Shown one piece after another: positions 1-10,344 of a stretch of 64,000 bases of DNA. Position 1 is the stretch's first letter. Each line of letters starts with the position of its first letter. Source of the DNA: Escherichia phage VEc74; sequence record MT932213.1; one strand, written 5' to 3'. The notes under the pieces were generated by a model. The model searched no databases. It was not told the DNA's origin and was given only the letters and a program-made list of their open reading frames with translations. The position numbers were made by a program, and so were the translations under genes.

Positions 1-2178
1 TTAGGCCGCAAGGGCCTTCATAGTTTTAGCGATTTGGGAAACTTCATCATCACTTAAAGAGTTGCGATAACCGATGAAGTCAGAAACAATACGGAATTTC
101 TTGGTAAACTCAGCAACCATTTTATCACTGTTTTTTGAAGCATTATTTGATAATACATCAAAAAGATTAGTTACTGTCCAGATGTCATGACCGATGGTAT
201 CTCTTCCACCATTAAAATATACACCCTGTAATGAACTAACCATATTAGCAAGTCGTGTATATTCTTCAGAAACTTCATCTACACTGAAGTACTTCATCAT
301 AAAATCTAACTCAGGATACTTGATAATTTTATCAATATATCGTTTAGCTGAACTTGAATAACCTACATACTTATCATAATCTACATCATCAAAAGCATCT
401 ACATATAAATCACGCAAAGCTTCAAAAATACATTGGCACTGACCGAGTTCTTTTACCTTTTTCTGTAAAAGCGGACGAATAACATAAAATTCATTAATTC
501 CAATAAGATTAGCCATACGAATCAAAATATTCATAGATGGATGACAAAGAGATGTAGTACCATCCATAGAGAAAATATCAGAACGATGCATATACGCTAC
601 ATAACCAGTAATTTCATCTGCTTCTGACGTAAGTGTAAATAGTTCCTCTTTTTCCCAACGCCCATCTTTAATTTCAAACTTAAATGCTGTAGCAGCTTTA
701 GGACGAGGAGCTTTACTTTTAACTACCTTTGGAATATAGCTTTTAACTAAAGCTTCAATTTCTGACAAATAATGAATGTTAACTTCATCACTTTCGAACA
801 TCGCCATAATATCAGGGAGTAAATCAATCTGCGATTCTACTTCTGGATTAATAAACAGAAGACGCTCATTGTGATGAATATTCAAAGTGTTATTAAATTC
901 ACTATCATCTAACGCACGTGCTAATCCACGGACAATATTAACACGATTTTTAATATCATCAATAACGATATTAATTTTTGTTGTATTAATACCAAACAGA
1001 CGATAGCTTGATGCAACGGCTGAAGTTTCATGGCTTTGCTTAATACGTTTCAGCCGAGGGTCAAGATTTACTTCATACACAACTCCTGCATTGCATAACT
1101 TACTATCAGGTTCAAACATGCTCTGCATCTTTTTATATGACAGATTTTTAGTCGTGAATTTGACTGAATTACTAATCATATAATCTCGAGCAGAATACCC
1201 CATCTTCATCAATTCACGATATGTATGACGAGGAGATGTAGATTCTTTAAATCGTTTTACATCTTCATTAAATGCTTTCTCACTGAGTTCTTTAACTCGT
1301 TCAATAATATTTTTACGAGTACGATCATCCAGTGAAAGAGCCTCGCGAGATGGAGCAATATCAAGTGAACCCATTGGAAACTTAATGTAATTCACTTCAT
1401 TGCGAATGCTTAGCCAGTTACGGTCTCTAATAACACCATCGATAGGATAAACAATACCGCCGTAGATAGCATACAATCCACCACGATCAGGCCAGTATCT
1501 TTCTGGATTTACGCCGTAATAATCATCGAAATCCGGAAAATAATCAATTTCGCGGTCAAGACCATTAATGATAGCCAAATCTTTGAACGGTCGCATGATA
1601 TAAGAAACTTCATAAGCAAAGTTTCTAAAGTCTTTTTCTTCAACTGGAACTACGATTTCAATACCAGTTTTATCATCTGGACCCATTTCTTTTACGAATG
1701 TAGGTTTAATTTGTGGACCATCGCCATCCATGTAAGCTACATAACCACGAATTTCACCTTTATGATATGAAGTAATACTAAACGTATCAGTATAACTAAA
1801 CGGAGATTTAGAACCTAAACCAAATCCGCCAATAAAGTCATTAGATTCAGCTTTAGATGAACTGAAGTATGAATTATACAGACCAGGAGAATTATCATCA
1901 CCTTGAATATCAAAATCACTCATACCCGGACCAAAATCTCGGCAAACAAATCGCGGGTCTAATCGTCCTGGAACTTGAATGATAAATTTTTCAGGATTTC
2001 CATTGAGAGCATGGGCATCAATCATGTTAGTAATCAATTCACGGACTACTGCGCGAATCTTGTTTGTATACAAATCAGATGACAGAATTTTAAATACTTT
2101 AGGAGATGCTGTGATGCTAAATGCTTTTGATTTAGAACCATTACCAAGAATTGTTTCTTTTTCAGTGGTGATAATCAT
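1..2178 (-). CDS. rIIA: rIIA protein (rapid-lysis / exclusion locus)
   Basis: 725-aa ORF whose stop codon is at the window edge; length and position directly upstream of the gene 39 region match T-even rIIA. Confidence 0.85.
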   Translation of the reverse strand: MIITTEKETILGNGSKSKAFSITASPKVFKILSSDLYTNKIRAVVRELITNMIDAHALNGNPEKFIIQVPGRLDPRFVCRDFGPGMSDFDIQGDDNSPGLYNSYFSSSKAESNDFIGGFGLGSKSPFSYTDTFSITSYHKGEIRGYVAYMDGDGPQIKPTFVKEMGPDDKTGIEIVVPVEEKDFRNFAYEVSYIMRPFKDLAIINGLDREIDYFPDFDDYYGVNPERYWPDRGGLYAIYGGIVYPIDGVIRDRNWLSIRNEVNYIKFPMGSLDIAPSREALSLDDRTRKNIIERVKELSEKAFNEDVKRFKESTSPRHTYRELMKMGYSARDYMISNSVKFTTKNLSYKKMQSMFEPDSKLCNAGVVYEVNLDPRLKRIKQSHETSAVASSYRLFGINTTKINIVIDDIKNRVNIVRGLARALDDSEFNNTLNIHHNERLLFINPEVESQIDLLPDIMAMFESDEVNIHYLSEIEALVKSYIPKVVKSKAPRPKAATAFKFEIKDGRWEKEELFTLTSEADEITGYVAYMHRSDIFSMDGTTSLCHPSMNILIRMANLIGINEFYVIRPLLQKKVKELGQCQCIFEALRDLYVDAFDDVDYDKYVGYSSSAKRYIDKIIKYPELDFMMKYFSVDEVSEEYTRLANMVSSLQGVYFNGGRDTIGHDIWTVTNLFDVLSNNASKNSDKMVAEFTKKFRIVSDFIGYRNSLSDDEVSQIAKTMKALAA

Positions 2179-2188
2179 AATTTCCTCA

Positions 2189-2392
2189 TTAATTCATATT
2201 ACGTTTAATAACTTCGGCAACTTCTAGTAGTTCATCTTTAGTTGCAGTGTCGGATTGAATTTTATCTCTAATATCTTTAAAGCGGTTTTTAAATTCTTCG
2301 GCTTCTCCCATATCGAAAAAGCGTTGAATGATTCTATATTCTCGATGAACTGCTTTATCAAAAAGTTCTAAATTTACTTTATATGATTTCAT
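2189..2392 (-). CDS. small hypothetical protein (rIIA.1 position)
   Basis: 67-aa ORF between rIIA and gene 39, same strand, preceded by an early promoter. Confidence 0.5.
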   Translation of the reverse strand: MKSYKVNLELFDKAVHREYRIIQRFFDMGEAEEFKNRFKDIRDKIQSDTATKDELLEVAEVIKRNMN

Positions 2393-2417
2393 TTCAATAT
2401 CCTCATTTGCCCAATTA

Positions 2418-2447
2418 ATTATACCACATCCTTGTGGTAAAGTAAAC
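2418..2447 (-). promoter_or_regulatory. T4-type early (sigma70) promoter
   Basis: minus-strand GTTTAC, 17-bp spacer, TGGTATAAT extended -10, 26 nt upstream of the 2392 start codon. Confidence 0.6.
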
Positions 2448-4264
2448 TACTGGCTCATCCATTCTTTGCGAAGGTCAGCATTATCTCCCATGAGCATTTC
2501 AAAAAGCTCTTTCCAGTTCTCAGGAAGTTTAACAACATCATATACTGGGTTTTGAATCATCTCACGATATTCAGATTTTTCCAAAGAGCCAAGTCCTTTA
2601 ATATAACGGATGCTATGTTTAGGTAGAGCATCTTTGGCACTCTCATATTCAGCGACTGTATAAAACCATTCTTGTTTTTTACCGACCTGAGCGATGATTA
2701 CAGGAGTTTTGACAAAGCGAATTCGTCCTTGCTCAAACAGTTCTGGCCAATTACTAAAAAATCCGAGCAGAGAAGGATAAATGCTTCCTAGACCATCATG
2801 GTCAGCATCAGTCATAATAGCAATATTATGATAATTCAAGTTTTCAGCTTTTTCACCAAGAACTAATCCAGTGATTGCGCAAATATCAAATAGTTCTTTG
2901 TTTTTAAGCATATCTGCATAAGACATACCCCAACTGTTGAGAACTTTACCACGCAATGGATAACCACCGTGAAGTTCTTTATCACGAACATCAATAAGAT
3001 ATCCGATAGCCGAATCACCCTCAGTCAAGAAAAGAGTAGTGTCAGCATCTTTACCACAAAGATTCGCTTTGATATGTTTATGAACCTTAGCTTTAGAAGC
3101 CTTTTTAGCTGCTTTAGTTTCTGCTGCTTTTTCTGCCGCCAATTTACGAGCCAAAGCAGCTTCAATAATCGGCATTAGAATTGCTTCATTATTTAGAATA
3201 GCACGTGAAATCTTTTTAGCATCAAGTTGAATATGACTACGAATTTCGCCAAATGGAGAAGTCAAACGCTCTTTAGTTTGAGAATCAAATCGCATGTTTT
3301 TCATATCACGGACAAACATAACGATAGTCAAACATTCTTTGACACGCGCTTTAGTCACATCAATTTTGAACTTACGTTTGATTTGTGGAATAAGGTCTTC
3401 ACAAATATCATCCATAACACAGTCAATATGATGGCCACCATTCTTAGTATGAATGTTATTCACATAAGTTAATTGACGAAAACCATCCGGTGAACGACCA
3501 ACCGCAATAGAACAATTTTCTTGTTCTTGAACAATAGCATGTTCATCATACTGTCGTGCATATTTCTTAAAATTACCCTGAACCTTTTTACCATTAAAGG
3601 TAAATTGAATATCAGGATAAACAACAGCAAGTGTCTGGAGACGATCTAATGTAATGTCAAGATAAACTTGGGACAGCTCATTAGTTTCAAATGACATAAA
3701 ATCAGGAATGAAAGTAACACGAGTTCCTTTCCATTTTCCAGGAATATCTTCCCATGATTTATTTTCCATGCCATTTGAACAACGAACTACAATATTATTT
3801 TGACCGTCGCCAGTTTCACCGACAAACATCACAGAAAAAATGTTTGTCAAACTAGAACCAACACCATTCATACCGCCAGTGACGCGCTCTTTATCATCAC
3901 CGAAGTTACCACCTGCTTTTGGAATAGTCCATGCGGCAACAGGACCAGGAATTTCTTCACCGGTAGGTGTTTTAACCATCGCCTGTGGAATACCACGACC
4001 GTTATCTTCAACTGTTACTTGATTGTTTTTAATAGTAACATTAATTTTATTTGCGAATTTAAACTTAGTACGAATACCTTCATCTACTGAGTTATCGATA
4101 ATTTCATCAATAAGCTTAACAAGACCAGGTACATACTGAACACTTTCCCATTTACCAAACAGAAAGCGCTCATGCATTTCATTAGCTGAAGAGCCAATGT
4201 ACATGCCGCTACGCTTTTTGATATGTTCAATATCGCTCAGAATTTTAATTTCATTCTTAATCAT
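2447..4264 (-). CDS. 39: DNA topoisomerase II large (GyrB-like ATPase) subunit, continuous gene 39+60 form
   Basis: 605-aa ORF with GHKL ATPase and TOPRIM-like motifs; uninterrupted, unlike the split 39/60 arrangement of T4; ATG is the second codon of the tracked ORF. Confidence 0.9.
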   Translation of the reverse strand: MIKNEIKILSDIEHIKKRSGMYIGSSANEMHERFLFGKWESVQYVPGLVKLIDEIIDNSVDEGIRTKFKFANKINVTIKNNQVTVEDNGRGIPQAMVKTPTGEEIPGPVAAWTIPKAGGNFGDDKERVTGGMNGVGSSLTNIFSVMFVGETGDGQNNIVVRCSNGMENKSWEDIPGKWKGTRVTFIPDFMSFETNELSQVYLDITLDRLQTLAVVYPDIQFTFNGKKVQGNFKKYARQYDEHAIVQEQENCSIAVGRSPDGFRQLTYVNNIHTKNGGHHIDCVMDDICEDLIPQIKRKFKIDVTKARVKECLTIVMFVRDMKNMRFDSQTKERLTSPFGEIRSHIQLDAKKISRAILNNEAILMPIIEAALARKLAAEKAAETKAAKKASKAKVHKHIKANLCGKDADTTLFLTEGDSAIGYLIDVRDKELHGGYPLRGKVLNSWGMSYADMLKNKELFDICAITGLVLGEKAENLNYHNIAIMTDADHDGLGSIYPSLLGFFSNWPELFEQGRIRFVKTPVIIAQVGKKQEWFYTVAEYESAKDALPKHSIRYIKGLGSLEKSEYREMIQNPVYDVVKLPENWKELFEMLMGDNADLRKEWMSQ

Positions 4265-4291
4265 CACTTATCCTCGTTTGGTTTCGGGAAT

Positions 4292-4317
4292 ATTATACTC
4301 CGGTAATCATAAAGCTA
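4292..4317 (-). promoter_or_regulatory. middle-promoter candidate (MotA box TAGCTTTA, 12-bp spacer, TATAAT)
   Basis: minus-strand TTTAGCTTTATGATTACCGGAGTATAAT about 28 nt upstream of the gene 39 ATG. Confidence 0.35.
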
Positions 4318-4334
4318 AAGGCCCGAAGGCCTTT
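4317..4334 (-). terminator. GC hairpin (GGCC-UUCG-GGCC) followed by a U-rich tract
   Basis: inverted repeat aaaggcc cgaa ggccttt immediately 3' of the 4334 stop codon. Confidence 0.45.
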
Positions 4335-4603
4335 TATTTAAAACGAATAGTTGAATCCTTAAAGAACAGCCCAGAACATACTGTTCCTTCTACTTTCTGC
4401 CCGGTAGGTCCAATAGCACGAAATCCAGTATGCTGGAAATCATTTTCAGAGCAACCGAACCAATTATATCCAGTGATTTCAATATTAGTAAAACCACTTG
4501 AAGACAAAACTTTAGTTGCATTATCAGCATCAGTACATCCTACTAAAGACACTGCTAATACTAATGCTGCGATAGAACGATTAATATATTTCATAATTTT
4601 CAC
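4334..4603 (-). CDS. predicted lipoprotein
   Basis: 89-aa ORF with signal peptide and lipobox (LVGC). Confidence 0.5.
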   Translation of the reverse strand: MKIMKYINRSIAALVLAVSLVGCTDADNATKVLSSSGFTNIEITGYNWFGCSENDFQHTGFRAIGPTGQKVEGTVCSGLFFKDSTIRFK

Positions 4604-4971
4604 TTAAATTTAATGGCTTGAAGAAGACTAATAACTCTCAAGCGACTTCTTTCATCTTTAACTGTAAAGGAAAGAGGGTCACCAGATTTCATAGTGATAG
4701 TACATGCAAAATCAAAATCTTCTGTGACTTCTTCGAAGAAGTCAAATTCTTCATCATAAATTAGAACACTACTTTGCAGACTGTGAAGAGTTTTTCCAGC
4801 ATTTCCAGATGCTGTACCAATCATTGTAACATTATGACCTTTCATATCTTCAACGATAAATTCACTAGTCAATATTACAGCATTAATAGAACTATTCCTA
4901 TTACTAGCAGAAAGTAGAAATTTCTGTTCTTCACCTTCGCGAATACGATATTTCTTATCCATTTTAAACAT
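4600..4971 (-). CDS. hypothetical protein
   Basis: 123-aa ORF, start overlaps the stop of the upstream gene. Confidence 0.45.
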   Translation of the reverse strand: MFKMDKKYRIREGEEQKFLLSASNRNSSINAVILTSEFIVEDMKGHNVTMIGTASGNAGKTLHSLQSSVLIYDEEFDFFEEVTEDFDFACTITMKSGDPLSFTVKDERSRLRVISLLQAIKFK

Positions 4972-4973
4972 AA

Positions 4974-5150
4974 TTATCCCTTAAGTAAGTCGTAAAATCC
5001 GCCATTCACATGCTTAGGAGCAGAAGCCCGACGAGTAGACAAACGATGACATTTAGGGCAAACATCATTTTCTCGTTCAGAAATCTTTTTAATTTTTTCA
5101 TATTCATGCCCGCAATCTTCGGATTGGCATTTATAATCATACATTGGCAT
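4974..5150 (-). CDS. small zinc-ribbon protein (CxxC...CxxC)
   Basis: 58-aa ORF MPMYDYKCQSEDCGHEY...CPKCH, hand-translated; fills the gap between two tracked ORFs. Confidence 0.4.
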   Translation of the reverse strand: MPMYDYKCQSEDCGHEYEKIKKISERENDVCPKCHRLSTRRASAPKHVNGGFYDLLKG

Positions 5151-5152
5151 AA

Positions 5153-5572
5153 TTATTCCTTAAAATGTGCTTTCAACATCTGATACAAGGACCATGCCTG
5201 TTCATTATTTTCAATAGTAACTTTCATTACCGGGAATTCTGTGAAATCTTCTATTTGTTCTTGCTCTTCCTGCTCTTGTTCTTCAGCAGCCTGATATGGA
5301 TTTTCCACTTCATCAAAGAACCCAGCTTCGTTAGTAGAGAGCCAGATAAAGTTTTCGTCAAGAATATCACCGTGTTTTGCATATCCAATTGTGCCAGTAG
5401 ATGTCACAATTTTAGTAGGACGCCCAAGATAATCAGCATCTAAAATTTTAAAAGGTTCCATACCTAAACGTCGTGCGTAGATTCCGTTATCAGTATGGTC
5501 TTTAATAAAATTTTCTTGAGCTTGTTTATTTTTGAATTGATACCATTTATTAACTTCAAATTTAATAGCCAT
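5153..5572 (-). CDS. hypothetical acidic protein (goF position)
   Basis: 139-aa ORF with an [10 protein letters not shown] acidic tract. Confidence 0.45.
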   Translation of the reverse strand: MAIKFEVNKWYQFKNKQAQENFIKDHTDNGIYARRLGMEPFKILDADYLGRPTKIVTSTGTIGYAKHGDILDENFIWLSTNEAGFFDEVENPYQAAEEQEQEEQEQIEDFTEFPVMKVTIENNEQAWSLYQMLKAHFKE

Positions 5573-5787
5573 TAATAAATTTCCTTCCAGTAAGTTGTGC
5601 CATCTTCAGTAATTTCACGAAATACACCGTAAATTGGTTGTTTATCACCAACCTTTTCATACACATAAACCGAAGTCAAGTGAGTAAACTTAATGGTGTG
5701 TTCCTTTTGAACTACTACCAAATCTGGATCAAATAATACATCTTCAAATTCGTCATTAGTGCAGTTCTGAACAATTTTACGTTTCAT
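5572..5787 (-). CDS. hypothetical protein (cef position, 71 aa)
   Basis: 71-aa ORF with ATGA-type overlap to the upstream gene. Confidence 0.4.
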   Translation of the reverse strand: MKRKIVQNCTNDEFEDVLFDPDLVVVQKEHTIKFTHLTSVYVYEKVGDKQPIYGVFREITEDGTTYWKEIY

Positions 5788-5800
5788 TACAATTTCCTCA

Positions 5801-6070
5801 TTAATTGAACAGTGGAGCGATGCGTTTCAGAAGAGTAGCAGTACCTTTGGCAAATTTTACATCATGAAAAACAGTTTCTTCTTCTGTAACAACACGAACT
5901 TTAATGTTTTCACAATCCCAATTTTTACGAACAATCTTCAAAAGCTCCAGTAAATCTTTACATTCAGCAATATCGATAACACATCCACGAGAATCTTCCA
6001 TTATCGCACGATAACCGTAAGCCATACCATAATCGTTGAAAGATTGCTCGATGATAATTAAGTTTTCCAT
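5801..6070 (-). CDS. hypothetical protein
   Basis: ORF starting MENLIII at the ATG; the tracked upstream extension uses a TTG. Confidence 0.45.
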   Translation of the reverse strand: MENLIIIEQSFNDYGMAYGYRAIMEDSRGCVIDIAECKDLLELLKIVRKNWDCENIKVRVVTEEETVFHDVKFAKGTATLLKRIAPLFN

Positions 6071-6091
6071 TTTATTCTCCAAGTTGTTTTC

Positions 6092-6140
6092 TGCATCAGT
6101 AGTTGATATTGATATAGTACCATAATCAACTACTGATGCA
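6092..6140. repeat. perfect 16-bp inverted repeat (stem-loop) with a 17-nt loop
   Basis: TGCATCAGTAGTTGAT ... ATCAACTACTGATGCA; the loop carries a promoter -10-like TGGTACTATA. Confidence 0.7.
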
Positions 6141-6168
6141 TATAGTTTTATGAAAAAAATTTTAAACT

Positions 6169-6657
6169 TTATGCATAGAGAGCATTGCTATAGTGTTTAA
6201 TCCAGCTTTCAGGAATGACTTTATATGTTCCTAAAAATACCACATTGTACAGCTTAACGCCATCTTCTACCCATTGATCAGTAATGTATCCACACATAGC
6301 GCGAGTATAAACAGCCTTTCCATCATCTTTGATAAATTTAAATTCACAAGGAGCAATGAACTTGATAGCTTGACCGAGTTTCCACTTAAAGTCTACACCT
6401 ACATGCGAAGTATCAATCGTTTCAATTCCTTTAGCAGGAACAGCTTTCAAAAACGCAGGCTCAAGAAATTTCCATCGAACATAACCAAACTGAGGTTTAG
6501 ACTTTCCATCTTTAGGAATGATACGCACTTTTACTTCAGAATCTTCATCTTTAACACCATGTTTAAGCTGAATGCTTACAATTTCAACCAATTTTCCTGC
6601 TGCCTTAGAACGGGATTTATCAGATACACGAGCAATTTCACCGATATTAATATTCAT
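6169..6657 (-). CDS. motB: MotB-like protein
   Basis: 162-aa ORF at the motB position (T4 MotB is 162 aa). Confidence 0.5.
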   Translation of the reverse strand: MNINIGEIARVSDKSRSKAAGKLVEIVSIQLKHGVKDEDSEVKVRIIPKDGKSKPQFGYVRWKFLEPAFLKAVPAKGIETIDTSHVGVDFKWKLGQAIKFIAPCEFKFIKDDGKAVYTRAMCGYITDQWVEDGVKLYNVVFLGTYKVIPESWIKHYSNALYA

Positions 6658-6733
6658 AATTATCTCTCACTTGTTAAAAAGATTTTATACTCCACAGGAC
6701 CATTATACTCTGGTCCCAAGAGTTTGTAAACTA

Positions 6734-7273
6734 TTAATTCAAAATAGCTACCACTGCACTACGAGGTACTACGCTAAAATCACCTGCATGAACAACGTTC
6801 AGAAGTTCAACACCATCTTCAATCCACTGGTCTGTTACCCAACCACAGACCGAAACAAATGGGGTCTTGATAGCTACAGCACGAGTTAGAAGGTCAGTAG
6901 GATCGCATTCTTGAAAGAGGATGAACTCTGCTTCAAAAACTATAGTTTTAATTACTTCATCATTATCTAAACGGTGTACTCGAATCACGTAAGCTTTATT
7001 CTTATCATACCAGTTACTTTTTGAAAAGCTTTTAATCACAAACTCGCCTTCACCAAAAACATTAGTCAATGCTTTATAACCCAAATTTAGTTCAGTAGTT
7101 TTAATTTCAGTTTCAACCAGTTTGTAGGTTTTGCCGATTTCAATAGCGGTAGTCATAGTAGGTTCCTTAATTTCCAGCGGTTTAACAGGGCATACATAAG
7201 TGCTTACAACATCAAAATCAATCAGCTTAGCTACCGGATTTGGTGTGTATTCAGGATTATAATTAAATTTCAT
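6734..7273 (-). CDS. MotB-related paralog
   Basis: 179-aa ORF whose C-terminus (GWVTDQWIEDGVELLNVV) parallels that of the adjacent MotB-like protein (GYITDQWVEDGVKLYNVV). Confidence 0.45.
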   Translation of the reverse strand: MKFNYNPEYTPNPVAKLIDFDVVSTYVCPVKPLEIKEPTMTTAIEIGKTYKLVETEIKTTELNLGYKALTNVFGEGEFVIKSFSKSNWYDKNKAYVIRVHRLDNDEVIKTIVFEAEFILFQECDPTDLLTRAVAIKTPFVSVCGWVTDQWIEDGVELLNVVHAGDFSVVPRSAVVAILN

Positions 7274-7275
7274 AA

Positions 7276-7776
7276 TTATCTCATTTCAATAAAATCTACG
7301 AGTTCAGCATGCGATTTGCGGAACATTACTTGGTGCCCACCAATGATAACTTCATCTTCAGGAACTTCATATATAGCAAGATAAAATCCTTTAGAAGCTA
7401 ATTCTTCACGCTCTTCTCGTGTGAACCATCTCATCATATCATATTCACTAGCGAAAGCAAAATGATAAAGAGCTATAAACCATCCTGGAATATGATATTC
7501 TACTCCAACATAATCTTTCTTGAACTTAGTATTAATTACTATATTAGCGTTTTTAACTAATAGTTTATCTTCGTGTGGTAAAGGAATTCTTTTATTATTA
7601 TCGCTATGATGCATAAAATTAGGTCTGTCATAACCTACGTGTAATAGCCACTCTTCGCTCCATGAATCTATTATACTCCTGTACGGCGTTATTTGAACAC
7701 AAAGATTTCGACGTATTGTTATAGCATCTTCATAATCAAGAATACTAAACGATGATTCAACACGATAAATTTTCAT
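7276..7776 (-). CDS. hypothetical protein
   Basis: 166-aa ORF downstream of an early promoter. Confidence 0.45.
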   Translation of the reverse strand: MKIYRVESSFSILDYEDAITIRRNLCVQITPYRSIIDSWSEEWLLHVGYDRPNFMHHSDNNKRIPLPHEDKLLVKNANIVINTKFKKDYVGVEYHIPGWFIALYHFAFASEYDMMRWFTREEREELASKGFYLAIYEVPEDEVIIGGHQVMFRKSHAELVDFIEMR

Positions 7777-7803
7777 TTTATTATCCTCAGTAGCTATGGT
7801 GTT

Positions 7804-7833
7804 ATAATACCATAACTAACCGAGGAAGTAAAC
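7804..7833 (-). promoter_or_regulatory. T4-type early promoter
   Basis: GTTTAC, 17 bp, TGGTATTAT on the minus strand. Confidence 0.5.
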
Positions 7834-7839
7834 AACTTT

Positions 7840-8523
7840 TTATCGTTTTGTTGGAAGAGACAGAGGATCGCAATCTTCCTCTGACGGAGCATCTTCAAGA
7901 CCCATAGCGTATCGCAAAGCATACTTCATCATCAGGATGTCTTTCGCACAGTCATGAATAGAATCATGCGCAACGAATCCATCTAAAGTTCCTTTTGGAA
8001 GAGGACACGTGGTCATATCACGAACAAGCAGAAGTGCTTCAATTCTGGTACGAATATCACGCTGATTCCAGAATTTACATGGTTCTAACTTAAATGTGTC
8101 AAGCTCATTCTCAGAAACACCATTAAAACGTTGAATATCACGAATAAGATCGACTAAAATTGGAAAATCAAACGACATTCCACGGCACCAGCCTTGAGAT
8201 TTCCAAGGATCGATATTATGTGCATTGATGTAATCATTAAATTTTGCAATACCGTCAATAGTGCTTACATCTTCATCTGATGGTGCAATATTTTTTCTAG
8301 CTTCAGGTGATTGATTTTTCCACCATTCAATAGTGCTTTTAGTAAAAAGACGATGTCCTTTTTGGCTTTTTAAATCAAATTTGATTTTAATGCCACGTGA
8401 AACTAATTCATCAAACGTTTCAACGACTTCTGGATTAGGGTCAAAAGCAATTACAGCCAAATCAATAACAGCTGCTTTTTCACCACTTCCCATTGTTTCA
8501 AAATCTATAATAAAATCAAACAT
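7840..8523 (-). CDS. dexA: exonuclease A (DnaQ-like 3'-5' exonuclease)
   Basis: 227-aa ORF with an N-terminal DxE exonuclease motif (FIIDFETMG). Confidence 0.8.
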   Translation of the reverse strand: MFDFIIDFETMGSGEKAAVIDLAVIAFDPNPEVVETFDELVSRGIKIKFDLKSQKGHRLFTKSTIEWWKNQSPEARKNIAPSDEDVSTIDGIAKFNDYINAHNIDPWKSQGWCRGMSFDFPILVDLIRDIQRFNGVSENELDTFKLEPCKFWNQRDIRTRIEALLLVRDMTTCPLPKGTLDGFVAHDSIHDCAKDILMMKYALRYAMGLEDAPSEEDCDPLSLPTKR

Positions 8524-8765
8524 TAAACTTTCCTCGCTAAATCGCGAATTTGGCCTACAGTATAGTCTTGAATATAAACTTTATTAATAGGTTCATCAAT
8601 AAATTTTGCCATAGATTCAATATCTTTTTGCATCTCTTCAAGACTGTATATTATCTTTAAAGCTTTTTCGCGAATAGTAATATTTTCAGGACCAGAATTT
8701 TTCTCAATGACAGCTTTAACATTTGTCATAAGAGATTTAAATTGGTACCAACTTAATTCAATCAT
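8523..8765 (-). CDS. hypothetical protein (dexA.1 position)
   Basis: 80-aa ORF. Confidence 0.4.
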   Translation of the reverse strand: MIELSWYQFKSLMTNVKAVIEKNSGPENITIREKALKIIYSLEEMQKDIESMAKFIDEPINKVYIQDYTVGQIRDLARKV

Positions 8766-9018
8766 TAATAATCGCCTTATAAAGATAGCTAATTTCGCCT
8801 AAAACATAATCATTGATTGTAACAGTTTTCACTTCACCGCAAAAGAATTCTAACGCAATTAAATCTCGTTCAATTTCTTCTAATTGAAGCATCAACTTAC
8901 TAGATTCAATTTTTACAGTTTCACGATTTTTGCTATAAGCTATTTCATAAATTTCGCTTACTTTATCTTGAAGAAGATAAAACTGATCTTTAGTTATTTC
9001 CACTAATAGCTTCCTCAA
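8758..9018 (-). CDS. hypothetical protein (dexA.2 position)
   Basis: 86-aa ORF. Confidence 0.4.
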   Translation of the reverse strand: MRKLLVEITKDQFYLLQDKVSEIYEIAYSKNRETVKIESSKLMLQLEEIERDLIALEFFCGEVKTVTINDYVLGEISYLYKAIIND

Positions 9019-9024
9019 ATTTAA

Positions 9025-10344
9025 TCATACATAAAATACATCATAACGACCACGGGTAACACCAACATAAAGAAGTTGTTGAGCTAATTCAGCATCTGCA
9101 TAATGAATACAAGGCGTATAAATGAAAGCACGGTCTACAGACATACCCTGAGCTTTATGGAATGTTGATGCAGGAAGTGCTTTCACTTTACTGAACTGTG
9201 ATTTAGCATCCCAAAAATCGCTCCATGGGGCTTTTCCGCCTTTATTCCAATTTTTATAAGTTTCTGCCGTTTTACCTAAAAATAGGTTAAACTTATACAA
9301 TTCTTCATCGGATGAAATTATTTTAATCTTTTCACGATAATATTCATCATCGCCGTAAGTTTCTACTGTTAAATCCCAATGACGAATTAGATATTCTCCA
9401 GGAACACCACGAGCTTTAACAAATGTTGATGTATACTCTGCTTCTATAATACGAACTAATTGTCCGTTATTAAAAATAATTTCTGACACAGGCTTTCCAT
9501 CAATTTTATATGTTTTAATTAATGGTTCCTGCATTACAATAATTTCACCGACAATAAAATCTTTATCAGTTTCAAAAATCTTTTTACGAATAATGCTATT
9601 TAACTTGTCAACAGATTTATTCGTAAATGCCATTACGCGATTTTCAAACAAATCATCTAGTGATTTGACGATTGAAAAATAATTTACCATAAAATCGCGT
9701 AAAGCGGTATCACCAGTAAATCCACGTACTCCATGCCCGTCAACAACTTTATCATAAATCCACTTACCGTTACGAACGTCAGTAGCTACATCAATAATAG
9801 GAGCATTACTGCGTTTAACTTCAGTAAGTTCACACTGATAAAAATCTTTGTGTGTAAAGAATGGACTGATATAAGCAGTATTTTCTCCTGGGTCAACAGG
9901 TCTAATTTGCTTATTATCACCTATTCCAATTATAGTACACCAAGGTGGAATAGTTGAAAGCAAAATTTTAAATAGCTTTCTATCATACATTGACACTTCG
10001 TCGCAGATTAATACTCTGCATTTAGCTAAATCCGGTACTTCTTTTTGTTCAAAAAGAACGTTTTCTTCATATGTTACCGGGTTAATTTTAAGAATACTAT
10101 GAATAGTACTTGCTTCTTTCCCTGATAGTTTTGAAAGAATCTTTTTAGCTGCATGAGTAGGAGCTGCTAAAATAATACCAGTTTCACCCGTAGATATTAA
10201 AGCTTCAATGATGAACTTAGTAAGAGTAGTCTTACCAGTACCAGCAGGTCCATTAATAGTTACATGATGTTTCTTTTCTTTAATAGCCTTCATAACAATG
10301 TTAAAGGCATTTTTCTGGCCTTCTGTCAAATCATCAAATGTCAT
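9025..10344 (-). CDS. dda: Dda DNA helicase (SF1B)
   Basis: 439-aa ORF with Walker A GPAGTGKTT and helicase motifs; matches T4 Dda length. Confidence 0.85.
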   Translation of the reverse strand: MTFDDLTEGQKNAFNIVMKAIKEKKHHVTINGPAGTGKTTLTKFIIEALISTGETGIILAAPTHAAKKILSKLSGKEASTIHSILKINPVTYEENVLFEQKEVPDLAKCRVLICDEVSMYDRKLFKILLSTIPPWCTIIGIGDNKQIRPVDPGENTAYISPFFTHKDFYQCELTEVKRSNAPIIDVATDVRNGKWIYDKVVDGHGVRGFTGDTALRDFMVNYFSIVKSLDDLFENRVMAFTNKSVDKLNSIIRKKIFETDKDFIVGEIIVMQEPLIKTYKIDGKPVSEIIFNNGQLVRIIEAEYTSTFVKARGVPGEYLIRHWDLTVETYGDDEYYREKIKIISSDEELYKFNLFLGKTAETYKNWNKGGKAPWSDFWDAKSQFSKVKALPASTFHKAQGMSVDRAFIYTPCIHYADAELAQQLLYVGVTRGRYDVFYV

